The position numbers and the translations under genes are program-made. A stretch of 64,000 nucleotides of DNA from Bacteroidia bacterium (lineage in GTDB: Bacteria; Bacteroidota; Bacteroidia; NS11-12g; UBA9320), in contig CBDCFW010000006.1 in assembly GCA_965216465.1 (NCBI GenBank), forward strand, positions 64,001-128,000, read 5' to 3'. Shown here piece by piece: positions 1 through 9,379 of the stretch (the first letter of the stretch is position 1; the number at the start of each line of letters is the position of its first letter). Under the pieces are notes generated by a model. It was not told the origin of the DNA. It saw nothing but the letters and a program-made list of their open reading frames with translations, and searched no databases.

Positions 1-1646
1 ATCTTAGTAGAGACAATTGAACCGTCAATTAGCACAATTCTTAGGACATAATATCCATTTTTAAGTTCTGGTAGAGTTGCCAAATACATGTAATGACCAC
101 TTCGTTCTATTGAGTTTATTTCGATTGTTTGACCTAATGTATTTATTAAGTATGCATCAACAGGTTGCTTAAAGTATCTAATTACTATACTAGAGCCATT
201 AATAGGGTTAGGATAGGCTTCTAGATTAGATCCAGGTGCTAGGTCATCAATCCCCAAAGTTATTATCTCGTCACAATACAAAGAGTCTGGGTCGTACAAG
301 CCTCTTCCAACAACAAAGTTGTCAAGACAACCTGTGAAGTGCTGGTCAATAGTTCCGCGATTATTTCTTGCTCCAACAACAAATGGATATTCAAATTTTC
401 CCAAATTATTTGGAACTTCATTTCGAATATCAATCTTCGTTTGTTCAACCCCATCAAGATAGGCTTTATAGGTTGACCCACTTTTTTCGAAAGCTAAACA
501 ATGCCATTGATTATCAAAGGCATCTTTTATATCTATTACATAGCTTCTGGTATCTCCATCCTTATCTCGTAAATAAAATAGAACTCTACCAAAATGATAA
601 ACGGAAGCATATTTGTGAAAGTCTATTGCAAGGCCTTGATCAGACCCTCCAGAATTAAAGTTACTAAACACACTAGCCAGTTTAGCGTCAACTGAATCTT
701 GTCTAAAGTTAAACCCTATATAAAAGGAGTCAAGGCTAGAAGCTAATTCGTCTAATGTTGTCAGCTCTGTATATTCACTTCCATTCAAGCAGATCGAATG
801 ATTATCAGAACCGTCATGACCAACCCCAAACTCTGCTCCATGATTTGTCCCATCATTAAGCCCAACTTGATCTTTGATATCCCCTCCAAAAGGGTATTTG
901 CAAAATACACGTGGTGTCTCAGGATTCACAATTTCATCGCAATACAAAGAGTCTGGTTGATAAGCACCACGTCCAATTATGAAATTATCGATGCTTCCTG
1001 TAAAGTTATTATCAATCGATCCGCGATTATTTCTAGCTCCTATTACGAAAGGATAATCAAAACTTCCAAAGTTATCGGGACCTTCATCTCTAATCTCAAT
1101 CTTCGATTGTTCAACGCCATCTAGAAAGGCTTTATAGTTATTCCCTAATTTCTGAAAAGCTAAACAGTGCCAGTTTCCATCAAATGCTTCATCTATTTCA
1201 ATTGCATAACTTCGAGTCACTCCATCTTTGTCTCGTATGTAGAACAGAACTCTTCCAAAATGATAAACTGAAGCGTATCTATGAAAATCGATTACTAAGC
1301 CTTGTCCTGATCCAGCGGTATTGAAGTTTGAAAACAAACTTGACATTTCAGCATCAAACGAATTCTGTTTAAAGTTGAATCCTATAAAAAATGAATCTAG
1401 GCTAGAAGCAAGATCATCCAATTTCGTAAATTCTGTATAGGTACTGCCGTTTAGAGAGATTGCATGATCAGAAGACCCATCATGTCCTATTGTATAAGCT
1501 GCACCGTGGTTGCTTCCATCATTGTTTCCAACTTGATCTTCCAAATTTGCTGCAAAAGGGTATTTGCAAAAAATCTGTGCCGAAGTGTTAATAGATAATG
1601 CTAAAAAAAATATAAGTAATATTCTCATGGGGTAAAGTGTTTTCAT
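1..1646 (-). CDS. T9SS type A cargo protein with two tandem LamG/concanavalin-like domains (3' end runs off the window; absent from the ORF track)
   Basis: Manual translation from ATG 1646 (or 1628) is open to position 1. It gives a signal peptide MRILLIFFLALSINTSAQ, two ~222-aa repeats (FCKYPF...WHCLAF...FLDGVEQ...GARNNRG...FTGxxDNF...YCDEI), then a CTD LEAYPNP...NTLGQ...LKNGYYVLRI. Confidence 0.88.
   Translation of the reverse strand, partial: MKTLYPMRILLIFFLALSINTSAQIFCKYPFAANLEDQVGNNDGSNHGAAYTIGHDGSSDHAISLNGSTYTEFTKLDDLASSLDSFFIGFNFKQNSFDAEMSSLFSNFNTAGSGQGLVIDFHRYASVYHFGRVLFYIRDKDGVTRSYAIEIDEAFDGNWHCLAFQKLGNNYKAFLDGVEQSKIEIRDEGPDNFGSFDYPFVIGARNNRGSIDNNFTGSIDNFIIGRGAYQPDSLYCDEIVNPETPRVFCKYPFGGDIKDQVGLNDGTNHGAEFGVGHDGSDNHSICLNGSEYTELTTLDELASSLDSFYIGFNFRQDSVDAKLASVFSNFNSGGSDQGLAIDFHKYASVYHFGRVLFYLRDKDGDTRSYVIDIKDAFDNQWHCLAFEKSGSTYKAYLDGVEQTKIDIRNEVPNNLGKFEYPFVVGARNNRGTIDQHFTGCLDNFVVGRGLYDPDSLYCDEIITLGIDDLAPGSNLEAYPNPINGSSIVIRYFKQPVDAYLINTLGQTIEINSIERSGHYMYLATLPELKNGYYVLRIVLIDGSIVSTK
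265..1575. repeat. Intragenic tandem duplication, period 666 bp (2 diverged copies)
   Basis: GGGTATTTGCAAAA starts at 892 and at 1558, and several other blocks recur at about the same offset. Confidence 0.9.
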
Positions 1647-1650
1647 GCGT

Positions 1651-1658
1651 CAAATATA
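1651..1658 (-). promoter_or_regulatory. Bacteroidota sigmaA -7 element (TATATTTG) for the tandem-LamG gene
   Basis: Matches TAnnTTTG just upstream of the start codons. Confidence 0.6.
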
Positions 1659-1677
1659 CAAAACGAATTATAGAAAA

Positions 1678-2547
1678 TTAAGAGTCAGTGCTCAACTTTT
1701 TTAATACATTCAAAAGATCTTCTGAACTATTTTTCAAAGCAATAAAGTTTCCCCATTCGTCTGGTTTAATGTCAAATGGATATGCTTGAAGTCTTGAAAA
1801 ACTATGATTCTGACCATATTTAACAATAGGCTCCCAAATAGATGCAAAAACAGTATAACCATTTGCTATAAATAAGTCAACCATGTCTTCTTTCCCATAA
1901 GGCAAATCTTTTGTTTTACGGTCCTCAAATTCTACCAAAATAACTTCGGGAGAGCACGTATCGAAGTCAATTCCTTTTAAGACTTGATAATCTGCTCCTT
2001 CTACATCTATTTTTAAAAACTGAACAGAGTCTATCTTTTTTTCTTCAATAAAGTCTTTAAGTGCTACTGTTTTTACAATATGGCTTTTCTGATGATTATC
2101 ACTAAACTTAACAGTAGATGCTATACCTTTAGATTCTTCCGAAACAAAGAATTCCAGTTCGACACCTGATTTATCTGAAACTGCTCGATTGTCTAAATGA
2201 AATTTCGAGAAGCGTTTCTGCACTTCTTTCAAGTGTTCACTCTTATCACCATCAATATCTGGTTCAAAAGCGTAGCATGTCCAATTCTTATAGAGAAATG
2301 GCATTGAACTCTCTCCAAACATTGCACCAACATCCAACATTGTACCATTATTCTTTCCTATATAGGTGAAGATTACTTCATTTTCGTTAAAAGACTGCTT
2401 TAATTTTGACTTAAACCTAGAACTATTAACGAACCACCGTGGACGAAGGCCCCAGAATTTATACGTTGTTCTTTTAATAAACTCTGGATAGTCAAACCCA
2501 GTTACCTTAATGATCCAATTTCTCTGTTCCTTGGTAAGAATTCCCAT
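1678..2547 (-). CDS. FkbM-family SAM-dependent methyltransferase
   Basis: Motifs MLDVGAMFG, YAFEP, LKIDVEGAD. A -7 element TATTTTTG lies at 2564-2571 on the minus strand. Confidence 0.9.
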   Translation of the reverse strand: MGILTKEQRNWIIKVTGFDYPEFIKRTTYKFWGLRPRWFVNSSRFKSKLKQSFNENEVIFTYIGKNNGTMLDVGAMFGESSMPFLYKNWTCYAFEPDIDGDKSEHLKEVQKRFSKFHLDNRAVSDKSGVELEFFVSEESKGIASTVKFSDNHQKSHIVKTVALKDFIEEKKIDSVQFLKIDVEGADYQVLKGIDFDTCSPEVILVEFEDRKTKDLPYGKEDMVDLFIANGYTVFASIWEPIVKYGQNHSFSRLQAYPFDIKPDEWGNFIALKNSSEDLLNVLKKLSTDS

Positions 2548-2660
2548 TGTATTTAAAAGGAAGCAAAAATAAGAGATTACTTTACTTTCTGATTATCGCA
2601 AATAAATTCACATTATCTACAACTTACTTATTTAATCAAATGAAGTACTTTTGTTTCTTT

Positions 2661-4082
2661 ATGAAGACGCTTAGACCCCTAATTTTAAAGACAATATTGC
2701 TTTCTAGCTTGTTCACGCTTCTTCTCCTCAACTCGTCAACAGTTAGTGCACAAATACCTGATTCTGGACTAATTGGACGTTACGATTTTGAAAAGAATTT
2801 TGGTGATTCGAGCGGCATTGGCAACCATGCAACAAATTCAGGAGCCAAATTTATAACAGATCGATGTTTTTATGATTCAATGGCACTTGTGTTTAACGGA
2901 ATCAATCAATACATAGACTTGGGAAAACAAGATTCGTTAAACGCATATTTAAATAACTTCACTACGGCTTTCTGGTTTAAGTCTCATCCTGGCAAAAACA
3001 ACTGGGAAAGCATCATAAAGACCATAAACAATGCCGGTACCGGAACGGTATACAGCATTGAGATAAACCGCAAACCTTCTGGATTTGAGTATGGAGTTTT
3101 TGTTGCACAGCTGCGTGATAAGAATGGAAAAACACTCTCAATGGCCTTTAAAGACTCAATAATAAACAATCTTGAATGGCATCATGTTGCGCTTGTTGTT
3201 GAAAATTCTTCTACAAACCAGTACAAACTTTATCTAGACGGAATTGAAAAACAGAAGCTATCTGGTCTTCCTGCGGGTGGCCCTTCACAGTACAACAGTT
3301 TTGACAACAATGTAGTCGCAGGAGCTAGTAATTCAAGAGGCACAATAACAAACCACTTTAGTGGAGCTCTGGATCAAATATTGCTATACAAAAGAGCTTT
3401 AGACAGTATCGAAATTGTGAACATCTACAATACAAGCTGCGACAGCATTGTGTGCACCGACACCACGTTTACAACCCATATTGATACCATTGTTTACAAT
3501 GATACTTTAATCCACACTGACACAATTCAGTATATTGACACCTTAATATTAAATGATACTATTCAGGTGCTTGATACCACTTTTATTAATATTTATGATA
3601 CAACATATATTGACATAATTGATACCATCTTTGTTGATGTATTTGACACAACCTTTGTGTCGATATTTGATACAACCATTGTAACTGTCTTTGATACGAC
3701 AGAAATAATAGTTCGTGACACTATTTGGGTTACTGATACAAACTACCACACTGTTCAAATATATGACACCGTACTAACCTCGAAATGTGATACAATAACG
3801 CTAAACTTTATTGACACCACATGCAACTCACAGTGGATAAAAATTTTACTTTATCCAAATCCCGTTAGGGATCACTTAAGTATCGAATTTGAGGAAGAGT
3901 ATTGCTTCAGCGACTATTTTGTTACAGTCTGGAATGTCCTAGGACAAAAGGTAGGAGAGTTTAATATTGATTCAAGAGTAACTAAATACCCAGTTGGCGG
4001 TCTTGCAAGAAGTACATACTTTATGCGATTATACAACTACAAAACTGGATCAGTCCGCGTTCTAAAATTTATTATTAAATAG
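2661..4082 (+). CDS. T9SS type A cargo: LamG domain, Asp-Thr repeat stalk and CTD (ORF track start 2547; likely start ATG 2661)
   Basis: Signal peptide after 2661, LamG motifs (FTTAFW, WHHVA, LYLDG, FSGALD), DT repeats, and CTD LYPNP...NVLGQ...KFIIK. Promoter TACTTTTG at 2646-2653. Confidence 0.88.
   Translation: MKTLRPLILKTILLSSLFTLLLLNSSTVSAQIPDSGLIGRYDFEKNFGDSSGIGNHATNSGAKFITDRCFYDSMALVFNGINQYIDLGKQDSLNAYLNNFTTAFWFKSHPGKNNWESIIKTINNAGTGTVYSIEINRKPSGFEYGVFVAQLRDKNGKTLSMAFKDSIINNLEWHHVALVVENSSTNQYKLYLDGIEKQKLSGLPAGGPSQYNSFDNNVVAGASNSRGTITNHFSGALDQILLYKRALDSIEIVNIYNTSCDSIVCTDTTFTTHIDTIVYNDTLIHTDTIQYIDTLILNDTIQVLDTTFINIYDTTYIDIIDTIFVDVFDTTFVSIFDTTIVTVFDTTEIIVRDTIWVTDTNYHTVQIYDTVLTSKCDTITLNFIDTTCNSQWIKILLYPNPVRDHLSIEFEEEYCFSDYFVTVWNVLGQKVGEFNIDSRVTKYPVGGLARSTYFMRLYNYKTGSVRVLKFIIK
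3441..3821 (+). repeat. Coding repeat array D-[ST]-x with 6/8-residue period
   Basis: DSIVCTDTTFTTHIDTIVYNDTLIHTDTIQYIDTLILNDTIQVLDTTFINIYDTT... Confidence 0.9.
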
Positions 4083-4143
4083 TTTTCTGATTGAACTTCT
4101 TATTCGAGCAGTTACTCATGTGGTGTTTGAAATCGACCAATAG

Positions 4144-4174
4144 TTTGAAATCTTATAAACTGTCTTTAAATTTG
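4144..4174 (+). promoter_or_regulatory. Full Bacteroidota sigmaA promoter TTTG-N19-TAAATTTG
   Basis: -33 TTTG at 4144-4147 and -7 at 4167-4174, with ATG at 4185. Confidence 0.75.
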
Positions 4175-4184
4175 AAGTTGACTA

Positions 4185-6614
4185 ATGAATAAGACTGCAC
4201 TCCTTTTTTTTGCCTTAATTTTAAGCTTTGATGTATTTTCACAAATTGACACAACATTTTGGTTTGCAGCCCCAGAAGTATCTAGGCACACTTCAGATTT
4301 TGATAGACCCATATTACTCCGTCTAACGACCCTGGATCAATCAAGCACAGTCAAAGTTTCGCAACCAGCGAACAGTAATTTTAGTGAGTTAAGTTTTATG
4401 GTTGGCCAAAATTCAACACAAACTATTGACTTATCAAGCTACATTGACCAAATCGAAAGTAAGCCAGCCAATTCAACTCTTAACACTGGGATATTAATCA
4501 GATCTTCTGCTCCTATTACAGCCTATTATGAAGTGGCCAGTGCAACCTGTAATTGCAATCCGGAAATCTTTAGTCTTAAAGGAGGCAATGCCGCTGGTAA
4601 TTCGTTCTACATTCCGACTCAGGTTTACTTTGACAACTCACTTCGTTACACCCCACAAGCATATAGCTCCTTTGATATAGTTTCAACCGAAGATAACAAT
4701 GTAATTACAATAACTCCTAAAAAACAAATTGTTGGCCACAGTGCAAATCAGTCTTTTAATATAACCTTAATGAAAGGTGAGGTTTATTCTGCCGCGGCGA
4801 CATCTCATTTAGCGAGTCAACATTTGGCAGGGTCTCGTGTAACTTCATTATACCCCATATCAATTACTGTAAAAGACGATCTGCTTGAAGGTCTTGGTCA
4901 ATGTAGAGACATAGCAGGAGATCAAATTGTACCCATAGATAATATAGGGACAGAATACATTGCTGTGAAAGGATTTTTAGATGGAAACAGAGAACGTATA
5001 TCGGTAATTGCAACAGAAGACAATACCTCAGTTTATAGCAATTCGAATAGTAGCCCATTAGCGACCATTGATGCTGGCGAGGTGTATGAGGTTCTTCTGA
5101 GTCAATCTGCCACTTACATTAATACTTCTAAGCCTAGTTATGTGTGGCACACTTCTGGTTTTGGATGCGAGCTGGCAGGAGCATTACTTCCGCCCATTAA
5201 TTGTACAGGAACTTTCCAAAGTTCTTTTGTAAGAACAACACAAGATCAATTTGGTATTATCATTTTTGTAGAGAAGGCAGGTGTAGCCAATTTTTCATTA
5301 AACAACAGTTCATCATACATTCAACAATCCCATTTCTCAGCCATTCCTGGAACTTCAGATCAGTGGTATTCTGCACGTATTGAATTGTCTAATTCCGTTA
5401 TCTCAGCAGGAAGTTTAGTGAATATTAAAAATTCTACAAATCTTTTTCATCTCGGATTTATAAATGGAGTTGCAGGTTCAGGAACACGCTATGGTTACTT
5501 CTCAGACTATGCTAAAATTACTGGGAAAAATCACGCTTTATCATTCTGCGAGGATAATGAGTTAACCCTCACAACATCCAATGGTACAAATTACAATTGG
5601 AGTACAACTGAAACAACTTCGTCAATTAAGGTAAGTACGGAAGGCAAATATTGGGTCGATTATAAAATCAATGAATGTGCGGCTACAGATAGTTTTGATG
5701 TAGCCATGTATTATAGAAATGGACCAGATTTTGAAGACTCTGTGTTATGTAACAATGACTCCCTTATCCTTGACTTAAATCCAAACCAAGTTATTTTGAA
5801 TAGTGAAGGTGACACTTTGAAAACGAATTCGATTAAAAATCAAGGCACATACACTGTTCACACTGAAGGTTGTAAGAACTCAGATCAAATTAATTTAAAA
5901 TTCGAATCACCTCAAATTAGTTTAGGACCAGATACAACCTTCTGCGATTCAATAAATCTACAACTTCAGGTTAGCGATACGTTTTTAAGTTATGTATGGA
6001 ACTCTGGAAGCATAGGGAACGAAATTTTGGTTAAAAGTCCAGGCACCTATTGGATTATTGCACAAACCATTAGAGGCTGTGAATCTAATGATTCAATTAC
6101 TATTCGTCAATCTTCAACACCAAAGATTAACTTGGGTAATGACACATCAGTTTGCTTTAGCACTGGATTTTTGCTAGATGCTGGAACGAATAGCAAAATT
6201 CTATGGCAAGATGGGTCCACTAATCGTTATTTTTCTGCCCAATCAAAGGGCACGTTTCATGTTGTGGTAACAAATGACGATGGATGCATAGCATCAGATA
6301 CGATAATTATAGATGCTACTGGTGCAAATCAAACAATCCGCTTTCTTCCAAATTCATTCACTCCGGATGGTAATGGCATTAATGATTTCTTTCCATTTAG
6401 TCCTGAAAAACATCAACCAATTGATCAGTACTCATTAAAAATCTTTAGCTTCTGGGGCGAAAAACTATGGGAATCTATCGAAAGCTCTGTTCCTTGGAAC
6501 GGGATTTACCAGGGAAAAGAAGCTCAACAGGGGAATTACATGTACATTCTTTCGTGGAAAGACTGCAACAACAATTACCATTCAACAAGTGGAGTGGTGA
6601 TGTTATTAAGGTAG
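4185..6614 (+). CDS. IgGFc-binding-like N-terminal domain protein with Ig-like repeats and a T9SS type B (gliding motility-associated) CTD
   Basis: Signal peptide, FWFAAPEVS start, LGxDTxxC repeats, and C-terminal PNSFTPDGNGIND...WGE...WNG...GVVMLLR. Confidence 0.85.
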   Translation: MNKTALLFFALILSFDVFSQIDTTFWFAAPEVSRHTSDFDRPILLRLTTLDQSSTVKVSQPANSNFSELSFMVGQNSTQTIDLSSYIDQIESKPANSTLNTGILIRSSAPITAYYEVASATCNCNPEIFSLKGGNAAGNSFYIPTQVYFDNSLRYTPQAYSSFDIVSTEDNNVITITPKKQIVGHSANQSFNITLMKGEVYSAAATSHLASQHLAGSRVTSLYPISITVKDDLLEGLGQCRDIAGDQIVPIDNIGTEYIAVKGFLDGNRERISVIATEDNTSVYSNSNSSPLATIDAGEVYEVLLSQSATYINTSKPSYVWHTSGFGCELAGALLPPINCTGTFQSSFVRTTQDQFGIIIFVEKAGVANFSLNNSSSYIQQSHFSAIPGTSDQWYSARIELSNSVISAGSLVNIKNSTNLFHLGFINGVAGSGTRYGYFSDYAKITGKNHALSFCEDNELTLTTSNGTNYNWSTTETTSSIKVSTEGKYWVDYKINECAATDSFDVAMYYRNGPDFEDSVLCNNDSLILDLNPNQVILNSEGDTLKTNSIKNQGTYTVHTEGCKNSDQINLKFESPQISLGPDTTFCDSINLQLQVSDTFLSYVWNSGSIGNEILVKSPGTYWIIAQTIRGCESNDSITIRQSSTPKINLGNDTSVCFSTGFLLDAGTNSKILWQDGSTNRYFSAQSKGTFHVVVTNDDGCIASDTIIIDATGANQTIRFLPNSFTPDGNGINDFFPFSPEKHQPIDQYSLKIFSFWGEKLWESIESSVPWNGIYQGKEAQQGNYMYILSWKDCNNNYHSTSGVVMLLR

Positions 6615-6642
6615 ATAAATTTGGATGATTTACAAAAATTGA

Positions 6643-7374
6643 TCAATACTTCTCAATTGCTTCTTCAAAACTTATTTCAGGAAACAAATTACTCAACCTT
6701 GACCCAGGAGAGCACAGTAATATTTCCATGCCTTTAGATTTGTACTTTCGGCTGATATATTGCCAACCTTTGTAATGGTTTTGAGTTTGGGGTTTGGAAT
6801 ATTCTGTCCCTTTTCCGAAATAATCAGGTCGAAAATGATTCGGGTCACTATCTCCTTCAGATTTGTAAACGATTCTGCGGTCAACGCTATCTTCATTTAC
6901 TTCTACAGAAACTCCTTTTATATTATGCTCTTCATAATTACAATCTGTTCCAAGAATAATAATTCTCTTATACCCTAAGCTTTTCAAAATTGGGACAGCC
7001 GTTGCTCCAACGTTGGCAATCAACCCCATGTTTTTTATGGTTTTTCCCCACTTATATCCGCGCTCCCAAATCTTTCTGTTAAAGTTTATGAAATGAACTT
7101 GATCTAAATTATTACCAAAGTAGGATTTAAACTTTTTATCGAAATAGAACGACTTAATCTGCCCCTGCTTAATCAAGTCATTTACAGCATCCTTTGTATT
7201 GCTCATAACAACAGGGTCTGCAATCATAAAGTGTGTTGGATAGAACCCCCAATCTTCATACGCGATATAAGCCCTATTGAAAGATATTGTATTTTTATCC
7301 CTCAGTTTTTCTATATCTATCTTATTTAAACTTGGCCCATTTCCAATAAGATAGACTGTTTCACCACCGTGCAT
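6643..7374 (-). CDS. DUF115 / MAF_flag10 (MptE-like) protein, likely glycan transfer or modification
   Basis: Motifs LIGNGPSL, TISFNR, LGYKRIIILGTD, DPNHF. Confidence 0.75.
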   Translation of the reverse strand: MHGGETVYLIGNGPSLNKIDIEKLRDKNTISFNRAYIAYEDWGFYPTHFMIADPVVMSNTKDAVNDLIKQGQIKSFYFDKKFKSYFGNNLDQVHFINFNRKIWERGYKWGKTIKNMGLIANVGATAVPILKSLGYKRIIILGTDCNYEEHNIKGVSVEVNEDSVDRRIVYKSEGDSDPNHFRPDYFGKGTEYSKPQTQNHYKGWQYISRKYKSKGMEILLCSPGSRLSNLFPEISFEEAIEKY

Positions 7375-7518
7375 CTATTTTTTTTTGGCACGAAAGTACT
7401 TCAATCTTACTAAACACAAACCCTTTAAACGGAATATTCAAACCATCACGTAAGGTAAATTGAAAGTTTAATTTAATTTATTCTTACCATTGCAATATAT
7501 TTTTATCACAAACAGAAA

Positions 7519-8223
7519 ATGAGCAGACTGATTACCTCTATTTCAGATATATTTTATAAATTTTTCTCGTCCTACTTTCGAAACCGTTTTTCAATGGATA
7601 TTGAAATTCAACTTCGAATGAATTCATTAGCGTCAACAGCAAAATACATCGAAAGCAATATGGTTGACGTCCCAATGTTTCAATCTAAAAAGGAAGTTCT
7701 TGACCTATCTCTCTCAAAAGTATCGTTAGATGGAATGTATTGCGAATTTGGAGTGTATAAAGGAAGTACAGCAAATCATATTGCCAGAGTGACAAAAAAG
7801 CCTATTCATGCTTTTGACTCATTTGAAGGGCTCCCTGAAGACTGGTCTATCCGTCACAAAAAGGGGCTGTTTGCCTTAAAAAATATGCCAACATTTGAAG
7901 ATAACGTTGTAGTTCACAAAGGTTGGTTCGATGATACTTTACCTGGCTTTGCTCAAGAAGAAAAAGGAGACTTGGCGTTTTTACATATAGATTCAGACCT
8001 TTATTCTTCAGCAAAAACAATCTTTCAATATCTTGGTGACAGAATTATCCCAGGAACTATTATCCTTTTTGACGAGTACTTCAATTATCCATTCTGGGAG
8101 CACCATGAATATAAAGCATTTGCTGAATTTGTAGCAGAAAACAACATTAAGTACGAATATCTTGGTTTTAATACTTTGACCTATGGATCAAATGCAGCTG
8201 TCAAGATTATCTCTAGAGATTAG
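7519..8223 (+). CDS. TylF/MycF/NovP-like O-methyltransferase
   Basis: Motifs EFGVYKG, FDSFEGLP, GWFDDTLP, LHIDSDLYSS, FDEY. Confidence 0.88.
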   Translation: MSRLITSISDIFYKFFSSYFRNRFSMDIEIQLRMNSLASTAKYIESNMVDVPMFQSKKEVLDLSLSKVSLDGMYCEFGVYKGSTANHIARVTKKPIHAFDSFEGLPEDWSIRHKKGLFALKNMPTFEDNVVVHKGWFDDTLPGFAQEEKGDLAFLHIDSDLYSSAKTIFQYLGDRIIPGTIILFDEYFNYPFWEHHEYKAFAEFVAENNIKYEYLGFNTLTYGSNAAVKIISRD

Positions 8224-8379
8224 AAGAGTAATTCACAGGCTTCCTTTTCAAAATTTGGAACAACTCACTAAAGAAAATAGTGCATATTCAAGATGAAGCG
8301 TTAGCCTTTATTTCAATAAAAAAATCTAGACAAAGATTATTCATCTATTTTTGGCTGCGAAAATACTTTATCATTAAAT

Positions 8380-9294
8380 ATGGTTTTAAGCATTGTTATA
8401 TGCACATACAATCGAATTAGATTATTGCCTTTTTGCCTTGAAAGTATTCTCGATCAAGATTATAAGGGAAAAGACGTTGAGATCATTCTCGTTAATAACA
8501 ATTCTACTGATAATACTGCTGAATATTTCAAGGCTTTTCAAAATGACCACAGTGAGTTTTCTTTTCGCTATGTTGAAGAAACAAACCAAGGTTTATCCTT
8601 TGCTCGAAATAGAGGTATCAAAGAGTCTGAAGGCGAGTATGTTGCATTTGTTGATGACGATGCCATTTTGAGAAAAGACTACTTCCAGAACATCATAAAC
8701 TTTATTAAACAATATCCTGATTGTGATGCTTTTGGAGGAAAGATTCTGGTTCACTTCGAAGGCCAACCACCACGCTGGGAAAACAAGTTTATCAACTCGA
8801 TGTTTGGCTATTTTAACGTCGGTGATCAGCCATTCATCTTTGACAAAACAAATTACCCCAGAGGATCAAACATGATCTTCAAACAGTCGTTGATTGATCA
8901 AGTTGGAGACTTCAACACTAAGCTTGGTCGAGTTAAACGCGGCTTAGAAGGTAATGAAGAAAAAGACCTCTTTCAGCGCATTTATCAAGCAAACAAACAA
9001 GTAAGATACGACCCCAACTTAGTTGTAGAGCACATTGCACCAGTAGAACGAACAACCATTGCATTTGTTAGAAAACAAGCAAATGGTACGGGTTATTCTG
9101 AAAATGTGCGAACCAAAAACATAGGTATTGGTGCTTACATTAAAAAACTTGGCTTAGAATTATTGAAATGGGGTGCAACGTTTTTGCTGCTCATTTGGTT
9201 TTGTATAAAACTTCAACCTGCCAAGGGAATCATCTTGGTGAGATTCCGTTTTTGGATCACTTGTGGTATTCTCGGAATCAAATTCACCTCTTAA
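8380..9294 (+). CDS. GT2 glycosyltransferase
   Basis: Motifs SIVICTYNR, NNSTD, GLSFARNRG, FVDDD. Promoter TATTTTTG at 8346-8353. Confidence 0.92.
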   Translation: MVLSIVICTYNRIRLLPFCLESILDQDYKGKDVEIILVNNNSTDNTAEYFKAFQNDHSEFSFRYVEETNQGLSFARNRGIKESEGEYVAFVDDDAILRKDYFQNIINFIKQYPDCDAFGGKILVHFEGQPPRWENKFINSMFGYFNVGDQPFIFDKTNYPRGSNMIFKQSLIDQVGDFNTKLGRVKRGLEGNEEKDLFQRIYQANKQVRYDPNLVVEHIAPVERTTIAFVRKQANGTGYSENVRTKNIGIGAYIKKLGLELLKWGATFLLLIWFCIKLQPAKGIILVRFRFWITCGILGIKFTS

Positions 9295-9379
9295 ATTAGT
9301 TCAGACTATAATTTTTTTATTCGACATTATATAAAATATTTGTTGCTATTAGTTATTAAAGACACTCAAACAACTCAAT

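Noticed and set aside
263-1124. ORFs 263-481 (-), 368-658 (+) and 798-1124 (+)
   Set aside because: They are off-frame or antisense shadows of the long tandem-LamG gene. I checked the A-run near 481-490 for a frameshift and the main frame is intact.
3441-3821. DT repeats as a CRISPR array or DNA VNTR
   Set aside because: The periodicity is at the peptide level with degenerate codons, and there are no identical repeats with spacers.
7375-7400. A9 tract and in-frame TAG just before the DUF115 start, as possible phase variation or truncation
   Set aside because: The TAG lies between the tract and the ATG, so slippage cannot extend the frame. A TACTTTCG promoter-like element at 7391-7398 fits the short gene as annotated.
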